Below, piece by piece: positions 28,647 to 38,420 of a DNA stretch of 64,000 nt; the stretch's first letter is position 1; every line of letters starts with the position of its first letter. Under the pieces are notes generated by a model, which saw only the letters and a program-made list of their open reading frames with translations, did no database searches and had not been told where the DNA came from. Origin of the DNA: an uncultured Candidatus Saccharibacteria bacterium (lineage in GTDB: Bacteria; Patescibacteriota; WWE3; UBA101185; UBA10185); contig CAZXUJ010000002.1 in the NCBI GenBank assembly GCA_964643995.1, forward strand, positions 114,125-178,124, given 5' to 3'. Made by a program: the position numbers and the translations under genes.

Positions 28647-29450
28647 TTAGTTAGCTAATGGATTTATATCTGATTTTGAATATATAACGTAGTCAAATAA
28701 ATACGGGGTTTTATTAGAACCTCTTATGGCACCAATTTTTGTAGTTGTATCTAGGGAGGTTCCTGTGGATTCAATTAGGATGCCCTGGCCAGGTATAACA
28801 GCACTTGCGTGTGGGAAAACCATAACATCCACGTTTTGATACAAAGCACGCAGCCTAAGCAGTTGTGGGGAGGTTTGTGAAGAAATACCAAAGCAACTTT
28901 GATAACCATTTGCTGGTGATGCCTGAGTAAAGTTATTTGTTAACACACTGCTAGCAGAATTGTAAGCTACACTATTAGCCGAATAACTCCCAACAGTACC
29001 GTAAACTAACATACCCACTACTGACGGCAGGGGATCGAGACCCGCTTCGTTCCAACAAATAGTAAGATTAGTGTTGTTTGGATAACCTGCCAAATTTACT
29101 TCGCTTGATGAACTTTGTGACAAAGGCACCGAAAAGGGTTCAGACGAATTTCCAAGTCTAGTAAGAGTAACTGTTGCAGTTTCAACGATTCCATCGCTAT
29201 TAGTAACTTGAAGCGAACATTCAGCGCCACAGCTATTGTTTGTTATGTATGCATCAAGCTCCTGTGGAGTCTTAAGAAGCATTCTTTCTAGCAAAGCATC
29301 TGCAGCTGCCGAAGATCTATAACCTGTTTGAGTCCTTGTAACCGACCTAAGGCTTTTTATAAAACGACTGGAGGTTGCAATACCTATACTTAGCGCCAGC
29401 ACCATTACTAATACTATTATAACTAAAGTTTGTCCTCGTTCTTTGTTCAT
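28647..29450 (-). CDS. PilX/GspK-like minor pilin
   Basis: Class III signal KERG|QTLVI without Glu5. Confidence 0.75.
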   Translation of the reverse strand: MNKERGQTLVIIVLVMVLALSIGIATSSRFIKSLRSVTRTQTGYRSSAAADALLERMLLKTPQELDAYITNNSCGAECSLQVTNSDGIVETATVTLTRLGNSSEPFSVPLSQSSSSEVNLAGYPNNTNLTICWNEAGLDPLPSVVGMLVYGTVGSYSANSVAYNSASSVLTNNFTQASPANGYQSCFGISSQTSPQLLRLRALYQNVDVMVFPHASAVIPGQGILIESTGTSLDTTTKIGAIRGSNKTPYLFDYVIYSKSDINPLAN

Positions 29451-29454
29451 ATGA

Positions 29455-30015
29455 TCAATAAGTACCACGCAAAACTATAGTCTGTTCGAGTGGAACACTG
29501 CCTTGAAAACTTACACCACCAGTGGAAGCAGCCTGGAGTAAATTAAAATCAATCATAACAACATGAGGCTGGCTTTGATTCAAAACACAAATTTGACTTG
29601 AATTGTGATCAAGTTTTATACCGTTTGACTGAGTGCTATCCAAAACTGGGGAAGTAAACGAGTTAATACCATCATTTTCTGTACGACGTAAGGTACCTGC
29701 ATCGGCACCACTAGTATCAATCTGATAAGTGATCGTCACCAAACTATCATCTAATACACTATTCCTTTGGAATACTAATGTCGTGGAACATGTCCCCTGT
29801 GCAGGGCTAGTTAAGGATAATGCAACACGAAGTTCTTTTTCCATTTTTGACATCGCGATTGTTCCAGATTGCTCGATTTCGTTTGTAATTCTTGTCTTAT
29901 TGTACGTCCTTACTAAACTCAAAATGATGTCTGTAGTAAGACCAGCCGTTATAGCCAAAAGTGATATTGAGATTAACAGTTCAATTAAAGTAAAACCCTT
30001 TTCCGAGCGCTTCAT
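29455..30015 (-). CDS. PilW/GspJ-like minor pilin
   Basis: KG|FTLIELL. Confidence 0.85.
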   Translation of the reverse strand: MKRSEKGFTLIELLISISLLAITAGLTTDIILSLVRTYNKTRITNEIEQSGTIAMSKMEKELRVALSLTSPAQGTCSTTLVFQRNSVLDDSLVTITYQIDTSGADAGTLRRTENDGINSFTSPVLDSTQSNGIKLDHNSSQICVLNQSQPHVVMIDFNLLQAASTGGVSFQGSVPLEQTIVLRGTY

Positions 30016-30018
30016 AAC

Positions 30019-30546
30019 CTAGTCAGTCCTCCAGTTAGAAACATCAGTGAAAATGTGAGAGGACTGTGCATCATTTCCTACCATCCACGTAACTTCTATA
30101 TTTATTCTAAGTACTGGGTCGGTGGTGCTTATTATATTGGTGTTATCACCAACCTCCTGAACAGGGTCAGTTACAGAGAAAGAGTATGAAAGTTCATTAA
30201 CAGTACCTACTTCCTCTGTGAAAACACCACTATTTATTACGAGATTGTAACTGTTGTCCACAGACATATAGCAATCACCACTGTTAACACAACCAAAAGC
30301 GTTTATGGCAGCTACAAACACGTCCCAGTTTCTGCTATCTCTATAAGCTCTAACCAACTCCAACTGTTCATTTGCCGATTTAGAGCCGCGTAGTAAAAGT
30401 TTGCCTCGACTGGAGGATCTAAGAGTGTATACAGATAGGGAAACTAGGGACGTTATTACAACAATCGCCAACCCTAGTGCCGCAATTATTTCGATTAGAC
30501 CTATACCACTTTCTGACTTGTTAAAATAATTTAGTTTGTAGGACAT
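30019..30546 (-). CDS. PilV/GspI-like minor pilin
   Basis: SG|IGLIEII; C-terminal IEVTW. Confidence 0.8.
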   Translation of the reverse strand: MSYKLNYFNKSESGIGLIEIIAALGLAIVVITSLVSLSVYTLRSSSRGKLLLRGSKSANEQLELVRAYRDSRNWDVFVAAINAFGCVNSGDCYMSVDNSYNLVINSGVFTEEVGTVNELSYSFSVTDPVQEVGDNTNIISTTDPVLRINIEVTWMVGNDAQSSHIFTDVSNWRTD

Positions 30547-31088
30547 CGCTCTCCCACGGGAATAGGATTATTGCCCGTATAAGTATATACTGTACCAACT
30601 CTATTTACGGCTACTTTATAGGTAGTACCACCCGAAGGATATCGCAGGTTAACTTCGCTGGAGCTTCGACATACTGCATCACCATCTTCGAAGCTGAAAA
30701 AGATACAAATATCATCATCCATGACTTGTATGTTTGCTGGTAACGCCTCTGATTGCTCGTAAGACGACATTGTACCTATTACAGTTGTACACAAGTTGCC
30801 AAGGCCAGAAGCCGCGAGATCGGTTGCAAAATAAGAGTATCTTCCTGTTTCCTTTCTAAACGCTATACCCCAATATGTCGGGGAAGTTAAATTTTGTTTT
30901 ACGCCATTGAGCGCGCGTATTTGAACACCACGAATATCGCTTTTTATTTGATCCTGGGCCTGACGTAAATTTTGATTAGTGATATAGTTGTTAAAGCTTG
31001 GGATCGCCATACCTGTAATAGTTGCTATGATAGCTATTACAACCATCAACTCTAAGAGTGTAAATCCAGCTTGGGCAGACCTTAACAT
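30531..31088 (-). CDS. FimT/GspH-like minor pilin
   Basis: AG|FTLLELMVV; start placed at ATG 31088 (TG-T-TATCAT-N6). Confidence 0.85.
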   Translation of the reverse strand: MLRSAQAGFTLLELMVVIAIIATITGMAIPSFNNYITNQNLRQAQDQIKSDIRGVQIRALNGVKQNLTSPTYWGIAFRKETGRYSYFATDLAASGLGNLCTTVIGTMSSYEQSEALPANIQVMDDDICIFFSFEDGDAVCRSSSEVNLRYPSGGTTYKVAVNRVGTVYTYTGNNPIPVGERCPTN

Positions 31089-31114
31089 ACTAAAATGATA
31101 ACACAACAAACTTG

Positions 31115-31606
31115 CTAAAGTATTGTTAAATCGTCACCTAACTCATAAAGTAGGGGATTATTTCCTCCATCATTCTCGGCATACTCGGAATAATATTCTA
31201 AACGAGCATTCAACTCATATGTGTAGCCATTGTGTTGATAATAATAGTGATAACTTGCATTATTGGTAGGATCTAGAGGCAGTCTGTTTACAAAAGCAGA
31301 AAAATTAGCATCTATCCAGCCGTCAGTTACATCAAACAGCGGTCCCATGTTGCCTGATGGTAATGCAGTACTTTCCCTAAGCATATCGACAGTATCTGGA
31401 TACCTATCATTATCTATCTTGAACTCATTAATAATGTTTTCAAGTGTCGACATATCGCTTAGACGCTTTTCATCGCGGGCACGCTGGCGTATTTCAGAAG
31501 GACTTATTGATAAAGCTAACCCACCAATTACAAAAAGGAAAATAGCGAATGCTACAAGAATGCTTATTAAGGAGTAACCAAGATTGTTAGGGGTTTTCGA
31601 CACCAT
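31115..31606 (-). CDS. GspG-like pilin lacking Glu5
   Basis: LG|YSLISIL; ARDEKRLSD, RYP, LPLDP, YEL.ARLE. Confidence 0.75.
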   Translation of the reverse strand: MVSKTPNNLGYSLISILVAFAIFLFVIGGLALSISPSEIRQRARDEKRLSDMSTLENIINEFKIDNDRYPDTVDMLRESTALPSGNMGPLFDVTDGWIDANFSAFVNRLPLDPTNNASYHYYYQHNGYTYELNARLEYYSEYAENDGGNNPLLYELGDDLTIL

Positions 31607-32123
31607 AGCAAAAGTCTGAAGTTGCCGGTGGGTTCGCCGCGCACCCATCATAGGCATCCCATGAGTTTAATGTGTGACACTCGTGCCCGTTGTTAGAGGT
31701 TGCAACCTCCATTTGGGCAGTCAACAGATAGATATCTCCCGTAGCCGTGGTCCGATAGTTGTATCGAAAGTTCGTAGGTATAGTGCAAGGGCTAGCGTTG
31801 ATACCTACCGGTGTGGGTTCGATAGGTACGGCATTAATATAGCTGGGAGATAAAGCGGTTGATAACGCATCAGTTCCTGTGATTCTGAGCCAAGCATTAG
31901 GACCAGGATATCTTCTAAAGTCAGCAAAATAAAGTTCAAGAGCCGACTGTATCTTTTTTAAATCAGCAATTCTAGTATTATCTCTAGACTTTTGCCTAAT
32001 ACCTTGAGAATTAATAACAGTTAAAATCAAACCTGCTAAAACACCTATAATCATGATTACTATCAAAAGTTCAACTAAGGTGAAACCTTTTTGTTTTTCA
32101 GGTGGTGTATTTTGGGCAGACAT
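31587..32123 (-). CDS. GspG-like type IV pilin
   Basis: KG|FTLVELL; SRDNTRIADL..IQSALELY. Confidence 0.88.
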   Translation of the reverse strand: MSAQNTPPEKQKGFTLVELLIVIMIIGVLAGLILTVINSQGIRQKSRDNTRIADLKKIQSALELYFADFRRYPGPNAWLRITGTDALSTALSPSYINAVPIEPTPVGINASPCTIPTNFRYNYRTTATGDIYLLTAQMEVATSNNGHECHTLNSWDAYDGCAANPPATSDFCYGVENP

Positions 32124-32145
32124 GCTTCTGTAATTATACATATTT

Positions 32146-32646
32146 TTAACAAGGGGAACCATCTCTCGTCACACAATCCAAAATTTCGTCTACTAGGCAA
32201 GACGTCGCACATTCTTTTGCAATTGATCCAGAGCAGGCAGGATTGTTACCCGAAACAGGCTTAGATACGAATTTAAAATATTTAGATGGGTCTGTAGCCA
32301 TAGGGACGGAAATACACAAAGCATCGTTTGGATAGGATTTATACTGGTACAAAGCGTCCAGAGGCCAGTTGTTAACATACGTCTCTAAACCAGTGTTGTC
32401 ATTGAGTGGGTTGCCGTCATTGTTTATATCAACTGGGAATGTTCCGCGAGATGCCACAAAAGACGAAACACCGGTAACTAAATTATTTAGAGTTGCTTGA
32501 CGAACACTATCTTCAGCCTTATTACGATACAATGGACCATTTAATATAGACAACACCAACCCAGCTAAAATACCAACTATTGTTATAACTACTAAAAGCT
32601 CGACTAATGTGAATCCTTGAATTTTTTTTATGGGGGAGATCATCAT
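32146..32646 (-). CDS. Type IV pilin
   Basis: QG|FTLVELL; Cys-rich C-terminus. Confidence 0.85.
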   Translation of the reverse strand: MMISPIKKIQGFTLVELLVVITIVGILAGLVLSILNGPLYRNKAEDSVRQATLNNLVTGVSSFVASRGTFPVDINNDGNPLNDNTGLETYVNNWPLDALYQYKSYPNDALCISVPMATDPSKYFKFVSKPVSGNNPACSGSIAKECATSCLVDEILDCVTRDGSPC

Positions 32647-32652
32647 TTGATG

Positions 32653-32684
32653 GCATATGCCCTGCACTTACGCAGGGCATATGC
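32653..32684 (-). terminator. Perfect 13-bp hairpin after the pilin gene (terminator or mRNA stabiliser)
   Basis: GCATATGCCCTGC / GCAGGGCATATGC with a 6-nt loop; no strong U-tract. Confidence 0.6.
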
Positions 32685-32691
32685 TCTTTGG

Positions 32692-33276
32692 TTAATTCAA
32701 CTCTACACAGCCTCCTAAAGCACCACTAATCGCCAATGTTGTAGGACAGGTATAGAAACCCTCATTTATAACACCACCTGTTTCAGCATATTCATATACG
32801 AAGGACTGAGGAGGGTTAGCAACTCCACGAACACCTATTCTGAAAGAATCAACCGTTCGGTAATACTTAAACTCACACTGTACTGCACCACCTGTTCCGG
32901 TCCAGTTTTCAGAAGCACAGTCCGCACCAAGTGAAATACCATCAACGGAAAATTCACATTGGGTAGTAGCGTTTGTTACTGTCGAAGCACAGTCTCCAAC
33001 ATCATTTATTGTATCCGCAGCACCTCCAACACCACTAAAGAATTCTGCAAGTGACGGAGCACGCTCCGTTGTTCTAGGGGACGACACAAAAAGTGACTTT
33101 CCTGCTAGCGCCATCTTGTTTAGAGAAGATCTAAATGTTGCATCTCTAGCTCGATTCTGTTGTTGAATAGGATTTAACACGCCGATAACTACTCCGGCTA
33201 AAATACCTATAATAACAATAACTATTAACAACTCAATAAGAGTAAAACCCCTACTATTCAATCTATGTTTGGTCAT
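32692..33276 (-). CDS. Type IV pilin, candidate major pilin
   Basis: RG|FTLIELL; strong RBS AAGGAGGTG; six Cys. Confidence 0.88.
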   Translation of the reverse strand: MTKHRLNSRGFTLIELLIVIVIIGILAGVVIGVLNPIQQQNRARDATFRSSLNKMALAGKSLFVSSPRTTERAPSLAEFFSGVGGAADTINDVGDCASTVTNATTQCEFSVDGISLGADCASENWTGTGGAVQCEFKYYRTVDSFRIGVRGVANPPQSFVYEYAETGGVINEGFYTCPTTLAISGALGGCVELN

Positions 33277-33391
33277 TTGGTTGCACCTCCTTTCGACAAT
33301 AATTTATTTTTGCAAATATGAAGTTCAGTTTGAGTAATTCGTAAAGTTTTCATTGGGCAGATCATTCTTAAGTAAGTATGATTTCTATCAA

Positions 33392-34306
33392 CTACTGTGT
33401 CAAGTTATCCTTTGAATAAAATGAGAAATCAAATACTGCCGGTGTGTAAGAGAAAGATTTAAACACTGTAACATCGCGGGCAATACCGTCTGTATTTACA
33501 AGTTCACCTCGCGTTGTGATTTTATAACCTTGCATAGGCAGGGCAGGGGTAGGGAACAATCGTCCATCATCTATAGCATCGCCTAAAGCTCTAATTCTTA
33601 ATCCCTGCGGGTCACTGACACCATTAGCACCTGAAACAACTACGGTGTAACAATGATCGTATTCTGGGTGTCCTGCGGAACTCCCGGAGGAAGCAGTTTC
33701 GGCATTGCCATAAGTCCACTGATGGCAATTTTGTGTGGAACAACGCACTATATCGTTTACGTTGTCTCCCAAGTCATTATAGACACGGTAATATAAATCA
33801 GCATTGCCATCCCAACATACTTCTACCTCAGGCTGACCATATCCATCCAAGAATATCTCTTTAACGTCATTTGCTGGAATTGAGAACACCGAGGAATAGC
33901 CATTGTCTGGATCAGTAACGTCATACTCCTCAACCGTAACTGCGGAACGCACCTCTATAGGATCTTGCCCGGTACCACTCTGTGCGGTAAAACGTACAAA
34001 ACATGTTCCGGAACTTGTAACCCATTCCCCACTTAAAATACCTGTGCATTCAGACGAACTTATACCATTAGTGGCCAGACTATCCAGATCGTTGTTACTC
34101 AGGGTCAAAGTTCTTTCTGCAGCTCCCTCAGCCGCGGCTAGAGCACGCTGTGAGGTATCCGTATCTGCGACAGTGGAAACAGAATTTATAGTTTCCAAGG
34201 ACAAACCAATACCCAAAGCTAAAGCTATAGTCATGGTTATAACAACAAACAACAAGGCCTGTCCTAATTCATTTCTTTTCAAGTCAATGTTTATCAAAGG
34301 TTTCAT
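33392..34306 (-). CDS. Second PilX/GspK-like minor pilin
   Basis: LG|QALLF, ALAAAEGAAE; paralog of 28647..29450 (shared LRxRAL, PxQG, FDY/FDF tail). Confidence 0.75.
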   Translation of the reverse strand: MKPLINIDLKRNELGQALLFVVITMTIALALGIGLSLETINSVSTVADTDTSQRALAAAEGAAERTLTLSNNDLDSLATNGISSSECTGILSGEWVTSSGTCFVRFTAQSGTGQDPIEVRSAVTVEEYDVTDPDNGYSSVFSIPANDVKEIFLDGYGQPEVEVCWDGNADLYYRVYNDLGDNVNDIVRCSTQNCHQWTYGNAETASSGSSAGHPEYDHCYTVVVSGANGVSDPQGLRIRALGDAIDDGRLFPTPALPMQGYKITTRGELVNTDGIARDVTVFKSFSYTPAVFDFSFYSKDNLTQ

Positions 34307-34326
34307 TGTGTTTCAATGATAACTAA

Positions 34327-36585
34327 TTATGGACTGACTTTCCATATGACATCTTGTTCCATTACTCCAGAATTTTCGGTCAACTCACGCCCATAAATTG
34401 GATTGTATTTGACAAGTGCCGCAGGATATAAGGCATTGCTTAACCCCAAATTGCGTCGAAGTTCAATGTTAACAGTAGTGACATCAGACGACCCAGCAAC
34501 AAAAGGTCCCTCTAACAAAATTATTTTGTCTGGTTGCCCAGGAAAATTGGGGGAATAGCTTGAACCAAAGGTTATAGTGTGCTGTGCAATTAACCCAATT
34601 TGTAAATGAGCAGGACTAGTGGCAAGGTTACCAATTGTTGCAACTGTGGTTCCTACATCAGGAGCAATATAGACCGGGCGCTGACTTATAATTAAAATAC
34701 GACGATCAGTATGTTGTGATGTAAAACTCTGAGGAAAAGTTAGTGAACCAGCACTACCAGTTACATATAGCACAGCCACACCAGCCCCACCACCAAGATT
34801 ATAGTCATCATTATTTAACAGATAGCTATTTACTAGGCCAATTTCGGCGCGATATACACGACCGGTTTGCATGGTGTTCAAGCCCTGCGCATTTGTAAGG
34901 TTGGTAGCACCCGCTGGGGGCGTAAAACTAAAGGTGGAAGGCCAAAATCCTCCAGTAAAACCATCTATATACTTACCACCCTCAACCAAACGATCTGGTG
35001 ACACCTGTATATCTTCACCAAAAACTGCTACTTCGCGACTTCCACCATGAAATGTCAGATAGGGCTCTACACCACTATTTGGTGCAACAACCCCAGATAC
35101 ATTCGCCGCGATAACTTCGCCGTATGTATCACCATCCAAACTTGCAAACCAACCGTCATCATAGGGATTCTCCAAGACATAACCAAAATTATACCCAGCT
35201 AAATTAGTGTTGAAATTGGCTACAGGTATAGAAGCAAGAGTAGGGCTATATGTCCATGTACCAGAGTTGCCAGCTTTTATACACTGGTATCTGTACTGAA
35301 TTCCGACAGCAGCCAAATCGGGATCATTGGAACTCACCACAGTTCTATTCAACGATACAGCTCCTGCAGCGCCAGGTAAGTTCGTAATTGTATAGTTGGA
35401 GTTTCCTGCATTAACATTTGCGGATCTGCTATAACTATACGTGGTAACATTAAACGTGGCAGTTACTGGGTCTGCAGTAAGATTGGCCACGGAATGCAAA
35501 CTTGATTGCCCAGCGACTGGGGTGCAGGTGTTCCCACTAACCGTGACATAATTCAAAGTACCACTTAAAGAATAAGGTGTACAGGTATTCACAAAAAATG
35601 CAGCACCGGGGACGTCTGCAGACAGCGCGCCATTCGCAGCTTCAGCTTGAACACTCCATCCTAGATATTGCCCGGGCACAAAAGACATAATCGCAGGCTG
35701 AATACCGATCGTTGCAGTACAGGTTGCACCATTACAGGAACCACTAGTGCTAGTATTTGCGCTTGGGGGAATATATCTCCACCAATCATTTGCACTCACC
35801 CATTCGGGATTAGTCAAATCCTCACGATTAACTCTCAAAATATATCTGACCGCACCCGGAACAGCAGTCCAATTGAATGTGCCAGTACGATAAGGTAAAT
35901 TGTTTCCGGGGTTTACGCAAACATCACTGCGACTTAAAATAACAGGATTTCCAAAAACTTGATATCTGAAGTTGCAATCGGTACCACAGTCATTAGATGC
36001 ATTGGCCTCTTGACTCTCATAGCTGGCTGAGTTTAGCGGGGTATGGGCACCAGAAACTACATTCCAACTTGCCGTATTGTTTGTAGTCTGAGCAGGAGGT
36101 ATGTACCCTGAAGGCGCAGTTTGCGGAGTTGCCATGTTACCTGGCACTCTTACGGCATAAGTATAACCGGCCTCTACGGCATTTGTGAAAACAAAGTAAC
36201 CATTACTGTCAGTGGAATCATAAATTGTTGTGTTAGTACCTGTATCATATAGAGAAACATTTACATTTTGAATCCCAACATTGGTATTAGCGTCCCGGAC
36301 ATAACCCGCAACAGTAATCATTATGTTGCCACCACCACAACAATAAGCACCAGGACACTCTGCATCCCAACCCGAGTTAGTGTTACATTGGTTATTATCG
36401 CAATTACAAGTACACCCATGATCTTCACAACAATCATGTCCCGTTGGAGGGCAAGTGTAACCAGCAGGACAGTCTCCACAGGTATGGTGCGCATAAACAG
36501 GTGAAGTAGCTGTAGAGGTAAAAGTAACAACTACAAAAAACCCAAACAAAACCAAAATATGTCTAGTAAAATTATTTTTCTTCAT
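34327..36585 (-). CDS. Large exported protein with Cys-rich N-terminal module; pilus-associated adhesin candidate
   Basis: Signal peptide ending VYA, 12 Cys in about 50 aa, Cna-B/carboxypeptidase-regulatory-like GYVRD...TDSNGYF. Confidence 0.7.
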   Translation of the reverse strand: MKKNNFTRHILVLFGFFVVVTFTSTATSPVYAHHTCGDCPAGYTCPPTGHDCCEDHGCTCNCDNNQCNTNSGWDAECPGAYCCGGGNIMITVAGYVRDANTNVGIQNVNVSLYDTGTNTTIYDSTDSNGYFVFTNAVEAGYTYAVRVPGNMATPQTAPSGYIPPAQTTNNTASWNVVSGAHTPLNSASYESQEANASNDCGTDCNFRYQVFGNPVILSRSDVCVNPGNNLPYRTGTFNWTAVPGAVRYILRVNREDLTNPEWVSANDWWRYIPPSANTSTSGSCNGATCTATIGIQPAIMSFVPGQYLGWSVQAEAANGALSADVPGAAFFVNTCTPYSLSGTLNYVTVSGNTCTPVAGQSSLHSVANLTADPVTATFNVTTYSYSRSANVNAGNSNYTITNLPGAAGAVSLNRTVVSSNDPDLAAVGIQYRYQCIKAGNSGTWTYSPTLASIPVANFNTNLAGYNFGYVLENPYDDGWFASLDGDTYGEVIAANVSGVVAPNSGVEPYLTFHGGSREVAVFGEDIQVSPDRLVEGGKYIDGFTGGFWPSTFSFTPPAGATNLTNAQGLNTMQTGRVYRAEIGLVNSYLLNNDDYNLGGGAGVAVLYVTGSAGSLTFPQSFTSQHTDRRILIISQRPVYIAPDVGTTVATIGNLATSPAHLQIGLIAQHTITFGSSYSPNFPGQPDKIILLEGPFVAGSSDVTTVNIELRRNLGLSNALYPAALVKYNPIYGRELTENSGVMEQDVIWKVSP

Positions 36586-36591
36586 AAAATC

Positions 36592-37236
36592 TTAGGGCAA
36601 CAATGCCTCCGAGGTTTCCAAAGCTTCTATTTCACGATCGTTTAAGATTCTGCCTCCGACTGAAACTTCTTTTGCAGAAAAACTGGCATCCTCGTTAACT
36701 TTAATGGTAACACCAAGAGTCACATCTTTAAACCTTTGCAACTTTTCGTAAACGGTAAGATCATAAAAGTCATTTGGAAAAGTATTGATATTGTTTGCTG
36801 GGGAAATCTCAAGGGACGCATCATAAGCAACTCGGATAGTTTGAAGCTTACCCGGATAAGATAATTCAAATTTATTTTCATCTACAGTAACCAACATACC
36901 AACAACTACAAGCTCACAGTAAGTATCTTGCCCAACCGTAACCAATCCTGACGAATAAACTCCAAATCCATCCTTTAGCGGATACGTAGATGCATATGTG
37001 GCACACAAAGCTGATAAATCATTGTTAGGTACAAGCATGACATTTGAATTACTTTTCACGAAATCAGGCCGATTCATCAGTACACCTGTAACAACAATTA
37101 AAACAACAATTAAGAAAAAAACGGCAATGTACACTGGTAAATAGGAGTGACTTGAGGATGGTTCGGGATGTTCAACGGCTAAAGAATCTTGGAAACTAGG
37201 ATTATTCTCCATATGGATATTTTTCCACATGGACAA
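36592..37236 (-). CDS. Single-TM exported hypothetical protein
   Basis: One TM helix; co-oriented with pilus genes (start may be 37212). Confidence 0.7.
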   Translation of the reverse strand: MSMWKNIHMENNPSFQDSLAVEHPEPSSSHSYLPVYIAVFFLIVVLIVVTGVLMNRPDFVKSNSNVMLVPNNDLSALCATYASTYPLKDGFGVYSSGLVTVGQDTYCELVVVGMLVTVDENKFELSYPGKLQTIRVAYDASLEISPANNINTFPNDFYDLTVYEKLQRFKDVTLGVTIKVNEDASFSAKEVSVGGRILNDREIEALETSEALLP

Positions 37237-37370
37237 CCCATCGTCAATGATGTATACAAAAAAAATAATATACTATCGGTCTAGGAAAAAAGTTGCTATA
37301 ATTCAGAACTAGAGAGATTTGAAAATTTAATATTTTTCTGGATTTTGGAAATCTGGAAAAGGAGCATGAG

Positions 37371-38219
37371 ATGAACACGAAACGAATGAGTTTGATGATA
37401 TTGGTATTGTTTTTGTTATTGATTGTAGGTTGCGTTGCAGAAACTATACCCCCCACAAGGATTACAGTTACTCCAACGGAGGTTTGGAAACCGCTGGCAC
37501 CTGTGGTTATAGAAGTCGTACAGGCAACACTAGGCCCACCGGCAACACTGACTGCAGTACCAACGATAACCCGGGACCCAACGGATACCCCTGTACCAAC
37601 GGTTACAGCGACTGCTACAGCTACAGCTTGGCCAACGTGGACTAACACACCGATGCCAACGGCTACAGCGACTGCTACAGCTACAGCCTGGCCAACCAAT
37701 ACCGTAATGCCAACGGCAACCACGGGACCAACCAACACACCATGGCCAACGCTGGAACCAACCCCGAGTCCGACGGAAACGGCAGTTCCAACGGTAGTAG
37801 CTGCAGGTGGTAGCACAATTCCGTTCGGAACGCCACCCGAAAGCTTAGAAGCGTTGGTGGCATGCCTGGCCCCGATTTACATAACACCGTCTTACGAGAT
37901 GGTGGAATGGACAGGACAGGATGGTACTGTCTGGCACATGGAAAGAGGAAACCTGGCGTCAGTGGATCCAATTGGAAGAACGGTTACATTTGTGAACGGC
38001 GTTGTTGTTCAATATGACGCACCTGCAGTCTATGTGCGTTACCAACGCCAAAGCGGTAACTGGTGGGAATCACCGGAAAACTGGCAAGTTACACCTCAGC
38101 TTTTTACTTGGGAACAAGTTTTGACGGCCATGCAGTTGGCACTTTCCCAAGGTAAGGTTGTTGGCATCCAACGCATTACAGAAAACAGTAACACGTTGGT
38201 AATTTGCCATGCACACTAG
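37371..38219 (+). CDS. Lipoprotein with long Pro/Thr/Ala linker
   Basis: AAGGAG RBS; lipobox IVG-C21; PTATATATATAWPT repeats; globular C-terminal domain. Confidence 0.75.
   Translation: MNTKRMSLMILVLFLLLIVGCVAETIPPTRITVTPTEVWKPLAPVVIEVVQATLGPPATLTAVPTITRDPTDTPVPTVTATATATAWPTWTNTPMPTATATATATAWPTNTVMPTATTGPTNTPWPTLEPTPSPTETAVPTVVAAGGSTIPFGTPPESLEALVACLAPIYITPSYEMVEWTGQDGTVWHMERGNLASVDPIGRTVTFVNGVVVQYDAPAVYVRYQRQSGNWWESPENWQVTPQLFTWEQVLTAMQLALSQGKVVGIQRITENSNTLVICHAH
37596..37696 (+). repeat. Intragenic direct repeat, 41 nt x2 with 60-nt period
   Basis: 37596-37636 vs 37656-37696, two mismatches. Confidence 0.9.
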
Positions 38220-38250
38220 TCTTTTTAAGTAAATAAGTAGGGAGCCTAGA

Positions 38251-38287
38251 AGGGCAGTGATCTTTATGAAAGGAGAATCACTGCCCT
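38251..38287 (+). terminator. 3' hairpin of the lipoprotein gene
   Basis: AGGGCAGTGAT / ATCACTGCCCT perfect 11-bp stem. Confidence 0.6.
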
Positions 38288-38363
38288 AAGCTTTCTGTGG
38301 AGTAGGGGATACATTATATTTTTATAGCTAGGGAATTTTCAAGACCGATAATAATTTAATAGT

Positions 38364-38402
38364 CAAAGGAGGCCTGATCGTTTTTTAGGCAATTAGACCT
38401 CC
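38364..38402 (-). terminator. 3' hairpin of the beta-propeller gene
   Basis: GGAGGTCTAATTG / CGATCAGGCCTCC followed by TTT on the minus strand. Confidence 0.5.
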
Positions 38403-38420
38403 CGGTAAACCTTTGGGATA

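Noticed and set aside
37244-37816. 190-aa Val/Gly/Ala-rich ORF
   Set aside because: Antisense mirror of the Pro/Thr-repeat lipoprotein
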